DNA of 55,167 nt from positions 1 through 55,167 of the forward strand of contig JANRKS010000033.1 in NCBI GenBank assembly GCA_033763315.1, written 5' to 3'. Below are positions 9,350 to 18,184 of the stretch, piece after piece (position 1 is the first letter of the stretch; the number at the start of each line of letters is the position of its first letter). Source of the stretch: Deltaproteobacteria bacterium (GTDB lineage: Bacteria; Myxococcota_A; Polyangia; Fen-1088). The notes below the pieces were generated by a model. It was not told the origin of the DNA and did not search any database. It was given only the letters and a program-made list of their open reading frames with translations. The position numbers were made by a program, and so were the translations under genes.

Positions 9350-10773
9350 TGGAACCCACGGCTGTCACGGTGTTGTCGCGCAACACAATGTTGATGGAGC
9401 TGGCCTACGTGGCCACGGCGTTCTTGTTCATCTTGGGCCTCAAGATGCTTTCGTCGCCGGCCACCGCGCGCAAGGGCATTCGGCTCGCTGAGATCGGCAT
9501 GTTGACGGCGGTCTTGGGCACGCTGTTGCACGAGCACGTGGTCACATACGAATGGATCATCTTAGGTCTGTTCATCGGCTCGGTGGCAGGTGGCATCATC
9601 GCCATCTGGACGCCCATGACGGCGATGCCCCAACGAACGGCGTTGTCACACGCGTTCGGTGCGATCGCTGTGTCGCTTGTGGGCATCGCCGAGTTCTACA
9701 GCCACCAAGGCCACCTGGATGTGGCGAAGATGACGGCCATCGGCTTCGAGGTGATGTTGGGCGGCCTTACATTCACAGGCAGCATGATGGCGTTCGCCAA
9801 ATTGCAGGGCACACTGCCTGGGCGCCCCATCACCTATCCCGGCCAGAACGCCGCCAACATCGGCATCTTGGCGGGTATCATTATCAGCGTTGTGTATCTG
9901 ATCGCGGTGCCCACCGCACCCGTGTGGTTGTTCTACGCCATGGTGGCGATGTCGTTCATCTTCGGCATCTTGTTGGTGCTTCCCATTGGCGCCGCCGATA
10001 TGCCGGTGGTCATCGCGCTCTTGAACTCATATGCGGGCCTCGCCGGCTCTGCCACTGGCTTCGCTTTGGACAACAAGATCTTGATCGTGGCCGGCGCGCT
10101 TGATGGCGCTTCGGGTTTGATCTTGTCGATCCTGATGTGCAAAGCGATGAACCGTTCGATCACGAACGTGATCTTCGGCGGTTTTGGCAAGGCACCCGAA
10201 GCGTCGGCCGACGCCAGCAAAGTGGCCGGCAGCATTCGCAGCTTGTCATCTGATGAGGCTTCGGTGTTGATCACCGGCGCCACGCGTGTGGTGGTGGTGC
10301 CCGGTTACGGCATGGCCGTGTCGCAGGCGCAAATGGTGGTCAAAGAGCTGGCTGATCTGTTGGGCGAAAAAGACATTGACGTGCAATTCGCCATTCATCC
10401 GGTGGCGGGCCGTATGCCTGGCCACATGAACGTGTTGTTGGCCGAAGCGGGCGTGCCCTACGACCGCCTCAAAGAGATGGACGCCATCAACCCCGAGTTC
10501 AAATTCGTGGATGTGGCGATCGTTGTGGGCGCCAATGACGTGGTGAACCCCGCGGCGAAAAACGACAAGAGCAGCCCGATCTACGGTATGCCGGTTTTGG
10601 ATGTGGAATCAGCGCGGTCCGTGCTGGTGCTCAAGCGTTCCATGGCGCCTGGCTTCGCTGGCATCGAGAACGAACTGTTTTATAAACCCAACTGCATGAT
10701 GGTGTTCGGCGACGCCCGCAAAACCCTACAAGAGTTCGTCAACGCCGCCAAAGCGAGCGCGAAGGCGGCTTAG
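9349..10773 (+). CDS. pntB: NAD(P) transhydrogenase beta subunit
   Basis: TAATG overlap with the previous gene; MPQRTALSH, TFTGS, ADMPVVIALLNSY, AMNRS, HPVAGRMPGHMNVLLAE, GANDVVNP, KRSM, FGDA. Confidence 0.96.
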   Translation: MEPTAVTVLSRNTMLMELAYVATAFLFILGLKMLSSPATARKGIRLAEIGMLTAVLGTLLHEHVVTYEWIILGLFIGSVAGGIIAIWTPMTAMPQRTALSHAFGAIAVSLVGIAEFYSHQGHLDVAKMTAIGFEVMLGGLTFTGSMMAFAKLQGTLPGRPITYPGQNAANIGILAGIIISVVYLIAVPTAPVWLFYAMVAMSFIFGILLVLPIGAADMPVVIALLNSYAGLAGSATGFALDNKILIVAGALDGASGLILSILMCKAMNRSITNVIFGGFGKAPEASADASKVAGSIRSLSSDEASVLITGATRVVVVPGYGMAVSQAQMVVKELADLLGEKDIDVQFAIHPVAGRMPGHMNVLLAEAGVPYDRLKEMDAINPEFKFVDVAIVVGANDVVNPAAKNDKSSPIYGMPVLDVESARSVLVLKRSMAPGFAGIENELFYKPNCMMVFGDARKTLQEFVNAAKASAKAA

Positions 10774-10805
10774 AACGCTCCATCGCGCGAACCTAGGTAT
10801 GGGGA

Positions 10806-11195
10806 TTAGATCTGGCGGTGCTTGAGCTCCGAAATGGCGGCGAGGTTTGCGTAGTCACGATCACGATGAAGCACCACAACCCCATGCTGAATCGCTGTGG
10901 CGGCGATCAGACAATCGACAGATGATCGCACGGTGATTCCGGACCGCCGCGCGGAGCGAAATAGGCTGACGGCTTGTTCGAAGATTTGAAGTGGCAAAGG
11001 GGATTCAAGACACGGGAATGCCAACATCGCTTCGCGCGCTCGGCGAAACGCTAGGTCATCACGAAACCCCTGCAAGACTTCTTGGATGATCGGCAAGCAC
11101 GTTATCATCTCGTCAAGTGGCACCACGCTTTCGATGTGGAGCCGTGAGCCTTTGCGAAAGACCTCTATCCAAACGGAGGTATCAACGAGAAACAC
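10806..11195 (-). CDS. vapC: PIN-domain toxin, VapC family
   Basis: LVDTSVWI, QEVLQG, SVDCLIAATA, LHRDRDY acidic PIN residues. Confidence 0.92.
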   Translation of the reverse strand: MFLVDTSVWIEVFRKGSRLHIESVVPLDEMITCLPIIQEVLQGFRDDLAFRRAREAMLAFPCLESPLPLQIFEQAVSLFRSARRSGITVRSSVDCLIAATAIQHGVVVLHRDRDYANLAAISELKHRQI

Positions 11196-11418
11196 GCTTG
11201 GCTTTCTTTGGCTTCGGGCTCGACGTGTCCGAGCGCATCTCGGACAGGCTCCCTTCCCACAGCCCGCTGCCAGCTAGCTCCAGGATCTGTTTGGCCTTTG
11301 CACGCCGCACGAAATCCTCGAGCGCCCGCTCGATTGTGCGCGAATAGGTGCGTTCGCCAGCCAACCGCGTCGCTTCTTCCAGCAACTCCTCACGCAACAC
11401 AACATTTGTGCGTTTCAT
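11182..11418 (-). CDS. vapB: VapB-type antitoxin (RHH-like)
   Basis: MKRTNVVLREELLEEA...TIERALEDF...LELAGSGLWEGSLSEMR; overlaps the start of the PIN gene. Confidence 0.88.
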   Translation of the reverse strand: MKRTNVVLREELLEEATRLAGERTYSRTIERALEDFVRRAKAKQILELAGSGLWEGSLSEMRSDTSSPKPKKAKRVSR

Positions 11419-11696
11419 GTGTATCGTATGTTAGCACCCTGCCCAGGCATTCGGAGTGTCCTTGCGGGGTTTGTGAAGTCCATGTCCTTCGTGACTCACT
11501 TGCCACGCCGTGTTCAATTGCCATGCCGCGATGCGCAGAGACGACGGGGCGGCGACTCGCCTTGAAAAAAACGGCAGGAGTTCGTCGACGTCGCCAAAGC
11601 AGTGCCAAGGTGCCGTGAGGCGGTCTCATGAAGCACACCATCGCGCTTCCGCTTCGTCGTGCACTGGGTGTGTCTTAGCGGCGAACTTCTCCAATG

Positions 11697-11727
11697 AAAA
11701 AGCGGCGCCCCAAACGGAGCGCCGCTT
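11697..11727 (-). terminator. Rho-independent terminator of katG
   Basis: AAGCGGCGC/GCGCCGCTT stem followed by a T-run on the minus strand, just after the katG stop. Confidence 0.75.
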
Positions 11728-11744
11728 CTCCGGTTCATTCGTTT

Positions 11745-14072
11745 TTAGTGACCGTCGCGCATCGCAAGCCGACGCGCGGGCAGATCGAATCGATCAAGGT
11801 TCATCACCTTGCTCCACACCGCTGCGAACTCCTCCACGAACTTCGCTTTGGCGTCGTCAGAGGCATACACCTCGGCCAGCGCGCGCAATTGTGAGTTGGC
11901 GCCGAACACCAAGTCAACATCGGTGCCTGTCCATTTGACTTCGCCGCTTGTGCGCAAGCGGCCTTCGTAGACGCCATCGCTGTCCTTCGCCTTCTGCCAT
12001 TGCACGCCCATATCCAGCAGGTTCACGAAGAAGTCGTTGGTCAACGTGCCAGGGCGATCTGTAAATACGCCGTGTTTGGCGCCACCTGTGTTGGCATCAA
12101 GCACCCGCAGGCCCGCCACGAGCACCGTCATCTCGGGCGCACTTAAGTTCAGCAGATCCGCTTTGTCCACCAACATCTCGGTGGGTGAGCGCTTGCTGCC
12201 CGGCTTGGCCTGACGGCTGACGTAGTTGCGAAAGCCATCGGCCACGGGCTCGAGCAGCGCAAATGATTCAACGTCCGTCATGTCTTGCGTTGCATCGGCG
12301 CGCCCTGGAACGAACGGCACTTTCACCGCATGGCCGCCTTTTTTGGCCGCTTCTTCAACCGCGGCGTTGCCCGCCAAAACAATCAGATCGGCCATCGATA
12401 TCTTTTTGCCTTGTGCATTGAAGGCCTTCTGAACCTTCTCAAGCGCAGGCAAGACCTTGGCGAGTTCGGCGGGTTGGTTCACCTCCCAATCCTTCTGTGG
12501 CGCCAGACGGATTCGCGCGCCGTTGGCCCCGCCTCGTTTGTCTGTATCGCGGTAGGTGGATGCTGATGCCCACGCCACCCTCACGAGTTCAGGAATCGAC
12601 AAACCGGCGTCCATGATCTGCCGCTTGAGGCCGGTGACGTCGGCGTCAGTCACCAGCTTGTGGTCCACGGCGGGCACAGGATCTTGCCACAGCTGCGCCT
12701 CGGGAACTTCGTTGCCCAGCAGCAGCACGCGTGGCCCCATGTCACGATGGGTAAGCTTGTACCAAGCCTTCGCAAACGCGGTCTCGAACTCTTTCGGGTT
12801 CTCGTAAAAGCGCTTGGACACAGCGTTGTACTTTGGGTCCATCTTAAGCGCGAGATCCGTTGTGAACATCATCAACTTGTGACGTTTGGTTGGATCGTGA
12901 GCGTCGGGCGTGGTGCGCGCGCTTTCGCCTTTGGGCACCCACTGTTGCCCACCGCCCGGACCCTTGGTCAATTCCCACTCATTCTCGAACAGGTTCTCGA
13001 AGTATTGATGCGACCACTGCGCGGGCGTGGACGTCCAGGCGCCTTCAAGGCCACTTGTGATTGTGTCGGCGCCTTTGCCGGTTTTGTATTTGTTTTTCCA
13101 ACCCAAACCTTGCTCTTCGATCGAAGCCGCTTCGGGTTCAGGACCCACGTGGTCCTTCGGTGGCGCCGCGCCGTGCGCTTTGCCCAGCGTGTGACCACCC
13201 GCGATCAACGCCACCGTTTCTTCGTCGTTCATCGCCATACGGCCGAACGTGATGCGAATGTGTTCAGCCGCCTTAAGTGGATCAGCTTTACCGTTAGGCC
13301 CTTCAGGGTTCACGTAGATGAGGCCCATTTGCGACGCGCCCACGGGATGCGCCAATGTCTTTCCGTCCTTTGAAAAACGTTCGTCCGCCAGCCATTCGGT
13401 CTCGGGGCCCCAATTGATATCCGTGGGTTCGTATACGTCCACGCGCCCGCCGCCGAAGCCGAACGTCTTGAAACCCATCGATTCAAGAGCCACGTTGCCG
13501 GTCAGCACCATCAGATCGGCCCACGAAAGGCTGCGGCCGTATTTCTTCTTGATGGGCCACAACAAACGGCGCGCCTTGTCCAGGTTGGCGTTGTCGGGCC
13601 AACTGTTGAGCGGCGCAAACCGAATGGTTCCTGAGGCCGCGCCACCACGGCCGTCTGTCACGCGATATGTGCCCGCGCTGTGCCAAGCCAGGCGGATCAT
13701 CAGGCCGCCATAGTGGCCATAATCGGCAGGCCACCAATCTTGCGATGTTGTTAAGGTGGTGCGTATGTCGGCTTTGACGGCTTTCAGATCAAGCTTCGCA
13801 AAGGCCTCGGCGTAGTCGAAAGATTCGTCCAAGGGATCGCCCTTGGGTGCGTTGCCCTTCAAAGGGCGCAGGTCCAGGCGGTTGGGCCACCAATCATCAA
13901 TGGAGTACGGTGAATCCGCCTTCTTGCTTTGTATGGCCTCCCCGATGGGCGGGCCTTGCTTGGCCGCGGGGGTTGAGCAAGCCGCAGTGCCGATCACGAG
14001 GGCGATCAACGCCGTGCCGCTGCGTATCCAACGGGATTGGGGCTTTTTGTTGTTGGCCTTGTTCTGAATCAT
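11745..14072 (-). CDS. katG: Catalase-peroxidase with lipoprotein-type signal peptide
   Basis: [47 protein letters not shown], two peroxidase-like domains; N-terminal [12 protein letters not shown]. Confidence 0.97.
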   Translation of the reverse strand: MIQNKANNKKPQSRWIRSGTALIALVIGTAACSTPAAKQGPPIGEAIQSKKADSPYSIDDWWPNRLDLRPLKGNAPKGDPLDESFDYAEAFAKLDLKAVKADIRTTLTTSQDWWPADYGHYGGLMIRLAWHSAGTYRVTDGRGGAASGTIRFAPLNSWPDNANLDKARRLLWPIKKKYGRSLSWADLMVLTGNVALESMGFKTFGFGGGRVDVYEPTDINWGPETEWLADERFSKDGKTLAHPVGASQMGLIYVNPEGPNGKADPLKAAEHIRITFGRMAMNDEETVALIAGGHTLGKAHGAAPPKDHVGPEPEAASIEEQGLGWKNKYKTGKGADTITSGLEGAWTSTPAQWSHQYFENLFENEWELTKGPGGGQQWVPKGESARTTPDAHDPTKRHKLMMFTTDLALKMDPKYNAVSKRFYENPKEFETAFAKAWYKLTHRDMGPRVLLLGNEVPEAQLWQDPVPAVDHKLVTDADVTGLKRQIMDAGLSIPELVRVAWASASTYRDTDKRGGANGARIRLAPQKDWEVNQPAELAKVLPALEKVQKAFNAQGKKISMADLIVLAGNAAVEEAAKKGGHAVKVPFVPGRADATQDMTDVESFALLEPVADGFRNYVSRQAKPGSKRSPTEMLVDKADLLNLSAPEMTVLVAGLRVLDANTGGAKHGVFTDRPGTLTNDFFVNLLDMGVQWQKAKDSDGVYEGRLRTSGEVKWTGTDVDLVFGANSQLRALAEVYASDDAKAKFVEEFAAVWSKVMNLDRFDLPARRLAMRDGH

Positions 14073-14252
14073 CTCGTTTCACTTCCGGTGGGGTGAGGGC
14101 ATCTCACGTCGCGTGAGAGCGGGGCCCGAACTGTAACCCGAGATGAGATGCTCGATGTCGGTGCTTTTCGCCGCAAAGCCAAAGGCCGCGTGCTGAACGT
14201 GGGTTTGGGACATACGTGCGCCCGTGCGCCACCAAGATGTTATCTTCCGCCC

Positions 14253-14933
14253 ATGCCTTCGACTGTATTGCTCGTCGAGGATGAGTCGGCGATTGCCGAT
14301 AACGTTCTATATGCCCTGCGGACAGCGGGGTTTGTGGCCGTCTGGCGGTCGCTCGGGCAAGAGGCGTTGGCGCTGCTGCGAAGCGAGCCCGTCGATCTGG
14401 TGGTTTTGGACATCGGCTTGCCGGACGCCAACGGCATTGAGGTGTGCAAATCGATTCGCGCCTTCTCCCAAGTGCCCATCATCTTTCTCACCGCGCGTGC
14501 CGATGAGATCGATAAGGTCGTTGGCCTTGAGATTGGTGCCGACGACTATGTGACAAAGCCTTTTAGCCCGCGGGAGCTTGCGGCGCGCGTGAAGGTGATC
14601 TTGAAGCGCACGCAAGCGTCGGCGCCCACAACACCCGCCGCCGCTGGAAAATTTGTGGTGGACGCCCCCCGTGCCCGCATCAGCTACGTGGGTGTGCCGC
14701 TTGAGCTTACGCGCTATGAATACCTTCTATTGCAGTTCCTGGTCGCGCATCCCGAACAAGTGTTCTCCCGCGCACAGCTTTTAGATCGCGTCTGGGATGC
14801 GTCGCAAACAAGCCTCGATCGCACTGTCGATGCGCACGTAAAGTCTTTGCGGGCCAAACTGCGGGCGATCACACCCAACGAAGATCCGATCGCCACCCAC
14901 CGTGGCCTTGGTTACAGCCTGACGGGAGCCTGA
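14253..14933 (+). CDS. creB: OmpR-family response regulator CreB
   Basis: VEDE, LDIGLPD, LTAR, GADDYVTKPFSPRE, DRTVDAHVKSLRAKL, THRGLGY; adjacent to creC. Confidence 0.9.
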   Translation: MPSTVLLVEDESAIADNVLYALRTAGFVAVWRSLGQEALALLRSEPVDLVVLDIGLPDANGIEVCKSIRAFSQVPIIFLTARADEIDKVVGLEIGADDYVTKPFSPRELAARVKVILKRTQASAPTTPAAAGKFVVDAPRARISYVGVPLELTRYEYLLLQFLVAHPEQVFSRAQLLDRVWDASQTSLDRTVDAHVKSLRAKLRAITPNEDPIATHRGLGYSLTGA

Positions 14934-14934
14934 C

Positions 14935-16362
14935 GTGCCCATCGGACTGCGCATTTTCCTGGGCTATATCCTGATCGTCGGCATCGGTGCGTACTTTCTC
15001 GTCAACATCTTCATGAACGAGCTCAAACCCGGTGTGCGGCGATCAACCGAGGAAACGTTGGTTGATACGGCCAACGTGTTGGCGGAGCTCGTGACGGATG
15101 ATGTGTTGGCCGGGACGGTGGCCGGGGGCCGGTTTGGCCAGGCGGTGGACGCGTACACTCGACGCAAAGTCAACGCGCAGATCAGCGGCGTGATGAAGGG
15201 CGCCGTGAACCACCGCGTGTATGTCACGGATGAGCGTGGCATCGTGCTTTACGATTCTGACGGGCGCGATGTTGGCAAAGACTACAGCCGGTGGAACGAC
15301 GTGTACCGCACTTTGCGCGGCCAATATGGAGCGCGCAGCACGCGTGCAGATCCAAGAAACGATCAAAGCAGCGTGATGCATGTGGCGGCCCCCGTAAAAC
15401 ACGGCGACAAAATCATTGGCGTGGTGACGGTGGCGAAGCCTAACCTCAGCGTGCAACCATTCATCGAGATGGGTCGGCGCAAGCTGATGCGCGCGGGCCT
15501 GCTGCTGGTGGCGCTTTCGCTGCTGGTGGCCATCGCGTTTTCGCTGTGGCTTTCGGGGGCGATTCGGCAACTCGTGCGGTACGTCGATGATTTGAGCGCG
15601 GGCCGCCGTGTCACGGCGCCGCGGCTGCAAGGCGAGCTGGCGGTGTTGGGCCAAGCCGTATCGAAGCTGCGCACGCAGCTTGACGGCAAAACCTATGTTG
15701 AAGAATACGTGCACGCGCTGACGCACGAAATGAAAAGCCCCATCGCTGCGATTGGGGGCGCCGCCGAACTGCTCGACGAAGACATGCCGGCGGCCGATCG
15801 CGCGCGTTTCCTCTCAAACATCCGCACGGAAGTGAATCGTCTGCAACAGGTGATCGAGCGCTTGCTTGATCTTGCCATGGTCGAACAAAGGCAAGCGTTG
15901 GAGACACGCGTCGATATGGATCCGGCGGCGTTGCTTAAGGAGCTTGTGCAGCTGCGCGCGCCGCAACTTAAAGCGCGCGGCGTGACGGTCGACGACGTTG
16001 GTTTGCAGTCGCCGCTTGCGGCACAAGGCGATCCATTCTTGGTGCGGCAAGCGTTAAGCAATCTGCTCGACAACGCCATTGCCTTCGCGCCAGCGAACAG
16101 CGTTCTCACACTGACGTCAGGGTCCAAGGACGGGCGCTGTTGGCTCGGCCTTCACAACCAAGGGGATCCTATCCCGGACTTCGCGCTCGACCGCGTGTTC
16201 GAGCGCTTCTACTCCTTGCCGCGCCCCGAAACGCAGAAGAAGAGCACGGGCTTGGGCTTGCCTTTCGTCCGCGAAGTGGCCGCATTGCATGGTGGGGAGA
16301 TTCGCGTTGCAAACCACCCGCAGGGCGGCGTTGAGGCGGTGTTGACGCTTCCTTGCGCCTAA
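14935..16362 (+). CDS. creC: Sensor histidine kinase CreC
   Basis: KPGVRRSTEETLVDTAN and GKDYSRWNDVYRTLRGQYGARSTR (CreC-typical), LTHEMKSP H-box, NLLDNA, FERFYSLPRP, STGLGL. Confidence 0.93.
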   Translation: MPIGLRIFLGYILIVGIGAYFLVNIFMNELKPGVRRSTEETLVDTANVLAELVTDDVLAGTVAGGRFGQAVDAYTRRKVNAQISGVMKGAVNHRVYVTDERGIVLYDSDGRDVGKDYSRWNDVYRTLRGQYGARSTRADPRNDQSSVMHVAAPVKHGDKIIGVVTVAKPNLSVQPFIEMGRRKLMRAGLLLVALSLLVAIAFSLWLSGAIRQLVRYVDDLSAGRRVTAPRLQGELAVLGQAVSKLRTQLDGKTYVEEYVHALTHEMKSPIAAIGGAAELLDEDMPAADRARFLSNIRTEVNRLQQVIERLLDLAMVEQRQALETRVDMDPAALLKELVQLRAPQLKARGVTVDDVGLQSPLAAQGDPFLVRQALSNLLDNAIAFAPANSVLTLTSGSKDGRCWLGLHNQGDPIPDFALDRVFERFYSLPRPETQKKSTGLGLPFVREVAALHGGEIRVANHPQGGVEAVLTLPCA

Positions 16363-16377
16363 GGGGTTCCCTCGCGA

Positions 16378-16431
16378 TATGGACAGAATTATTGCCAAAA
16401 AGCCAACCTTATGGCTATAATTCTGTCCATA
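16378..16431 (+). promoter_or_regulatory. Promoter and palindromic operator of the XRE-hipA cassette
   Basis: Perfect 15-bp inverted repeat TATGGACAGAATTAT (16378-16392) / ATAATTCTGTCCATA (16417-16431), flanking or overlapping TTGCCA (16392-16397), 18 bp, TATAAT (16416-16421). Confidence 0.8.
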
Positions 16432-16761
16432 GTGTCGCGTCGCAGCACTCCCCCCCTCCCCTCGGTTAACCGCATCCTTATTGAATTGGGGCACAACCTT
16501 CGTTTGGCTAGGCAACGCCGCGGAATCACCGCAGTGTTATTGGCGGAGCGGGCGGGCATGTCGCGTACCACCTTGCGCGCGTTAGAAAAGGGAGACGCTG
16601 CCGTGACATTAGGGGCCGTTGCCAACGTGCTCCACAGTCTTGGTTTAGAGAAAGATTTGTTGGGCGTTGGGCGCGACGATGTGTTGGGGCGAAAGCTGCA
16701 GGACGCGAACTTAGACGGCAAGAAGCGCGTTCGCAGTCCGAAGGCGAGCCATGGCAGCTGA
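16432..16761 (+). CDS. XRE-family HTH protein (HipB-like antitoxin)
   Basis: LGHNLRLARQRRG...LAERAGMSRTTLRALEKG; GTG 16432 preferred over ATG 16411, which lies inside the promoter; overlaps the hipA start. Confidence 0.85.
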   Translation: MSRRSTPPLPSVNRILIELGHNLRLARQRRGITAVLLAERAGMSRTTLRALEKGDAAVTLGAVANVLHSLGLEKDLLGVGRDDVLGRKLQDANLDGKKRVRSPKASHGS

Positions 16762-18013
16762 AACGCGGGTTGTAGAAGTTTGGGCAGATTGGCAAGGTCT
16801 AGCGACAGCCACACGCATGGGGCTTCTGCATTGCATGCCATCACGTGGCAAAGAAATTTTCGCGTTTGAGTACGATCAAGAGTGGCTGCAAGGCAAGCAC
16901 AGCAGGCCTTTAGATCCTGGGCTTCGCCTTCTGCGTGGCCGCCAATATCTTGCCGAACACCGCGGCAACTTCGGGATGTTCCTTGATTCGTCACCAGATC
17001 GGTGGGGGCGCGTTTTGCTGACAAGACGGGAGGCTTTGTGGGCTCGTGAGGAAAAGCGCACTGAACGTAGGTTGACCGAACTAGATTATCTTCTGGGCGT
17101 GTTCGATGGCCATCGCATGGGTGGCCTTCGTTTTCGATTTGCCAACGGCTCGTTTCTTGATGACAACAGAGATCTGGCATCGCCACCATGGACATCGCTG
17201 CGCGAGTTAGAACACGCAAGCTTGCAACTTGAAAGCGATGCCGCGGAATCAAGGGCCGCATACAGCACTTGGTTACGCATGCTTATCTCGCCAGGCCGAT
17301 CGTTGGGCGGTGCGCGACCGAAGGCAAGCGTGCTTGATGAAAAGAAGAGGTTGTGGATCGCAAAGTTTCCTAGTGCCAGCGACGTTGATGACATTGGCGG
17401 ATGGGAGAGTGTTGTTCATGCACTCGCGGTTCGTTCAGGGGTGGCCACGACAGAAACAAAACGCCAAAAATTCGGCAGCAAGCACCACACCTTTCTTTCA
17501 CGCAGATTTGATAGGGCGGCCGAAAACAAACGCATTCACTTCGCTTCGGCTATGACACTGCTTGAACGGAATGATGGCGAGGCAGGTGCAAGCTATTTAG
17601 ACCTGGCTGAGGTAATCATCCGACAAGGCGCGCATCCGGATCGGGATCTTGAGCAACTTTGGCGGCGTATTGTGTTCTTCATGTGCGTTTCAAACACTGA
17701 CGATCACTTGCGCAACCATGGCTTCTTGCTTGAAGAGGGGGGGTGGGCGTTGGCGCCCGCGTACGACATGAATCCCGTGGCGTTGGGCGATGGGTTGACC
17801 CTTAACGTCTCCGAGACCGACAACTCACAGGATTTGGACTTGGCGCGAGATGTGGCGAAGCATTTCAGAGTTAAGGCTGAGAGGTCAGCACAGATTATTG
17901 CGCAGGTTCAGCAAGCCGTCGGCACATGGCGAAGCGAAGCAAAAGGGGTACATATTCCAAGGAGCGAGCAAGACCGGATGGCAAGAGCATTTCGACTTGC
18001 CGACGCGGCGTGA
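16751..18013 (+). CDS. hipA: HipA-family kinase toxin
   Basis: N-terminal coupling domain (FAFEYDQEW, DSSPDRWGR), SLGGARPKA, IAKFP, SRRFDR, NTDDHLRNH, LAPAYD; visibly more AT-rich codons than flanks. Confidence 0.93.
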   Translation: MAAETRVVEVWADWQGLATATRMGLLHCMPSRGKEIFAFEYDQEWLQGKHSRPLDPGLRLLRGRQYLAEHRGNFGMFLDSSPDRWGRVLLTRREALWAREEKRTERRLTELDYLLGVFDGHRMGGLRFRFANGSFLDDNRDLASPPWTSLRELEHASLQLESDAAESRAAYSTWLRMLISPGRSLGGARPKASVLDEKKRLWIAKFPSASDVDDIGGWESVVHALAVRSGVATTETKRQKFGSKHHTFLSRRFDRAAENKRIHFASAMTLLERNDGEAGASYLDLAEVIIRQGAHPDRDLEQLWRRIVFFMCVSNTDDHLRNHGFLLEEGGWALAPAYDMNPVALGDGLTLNVSETDNSQDLDLARDVAKHFRVKAERSAQIIAQVQQAVGTWRSEAKGVHIPRSEQDRMARAFRLADAA

Positions 18014-18085
18014 AGCGATAGCCAAGTACGGGTCGTCGCCGCGTGAACGCGATCTTGACGTTTCCCTGCGCGTAGATTGGCGCCC

Positions 18086-18134
18086 TTCATCGATTTTTCA
18101 CGAACGCTTCATCCCGCGTTCATCATGGCTTCGC
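18086..18134 (+). promoter_or_regulatory. Cre-tag-like direct repeat array (putative CreB binding site)
   Basis: TTCAT/TTCAC/TTCAT/TTCAT/TTCGC at 18086, 18097, 18108, 18119 and 18130 (11-bp period), matching the E. coli cre tag TTCACnnnnnnTTCAC, upstream of creD. Confidence 0.8.
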
Positions 18135-18184
18135 GCGTGTGCCGCAACCTTGAGGCAGTCAATCGCCACAAAGGAACCTGCGCC

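Noticed and set aside
11437-11696. Possible gene remnant or small ORF between vapB and katG (includes an A7 run)
   Set aside because: Several short frames, none with recognisable homology or a start signal; a pseudogene call cannot be supported.
16389-17261. 290-aa ORF antisense to XRE-hipA
   Set aside because: No motifs or RBS; overlaps two well-supported genes.
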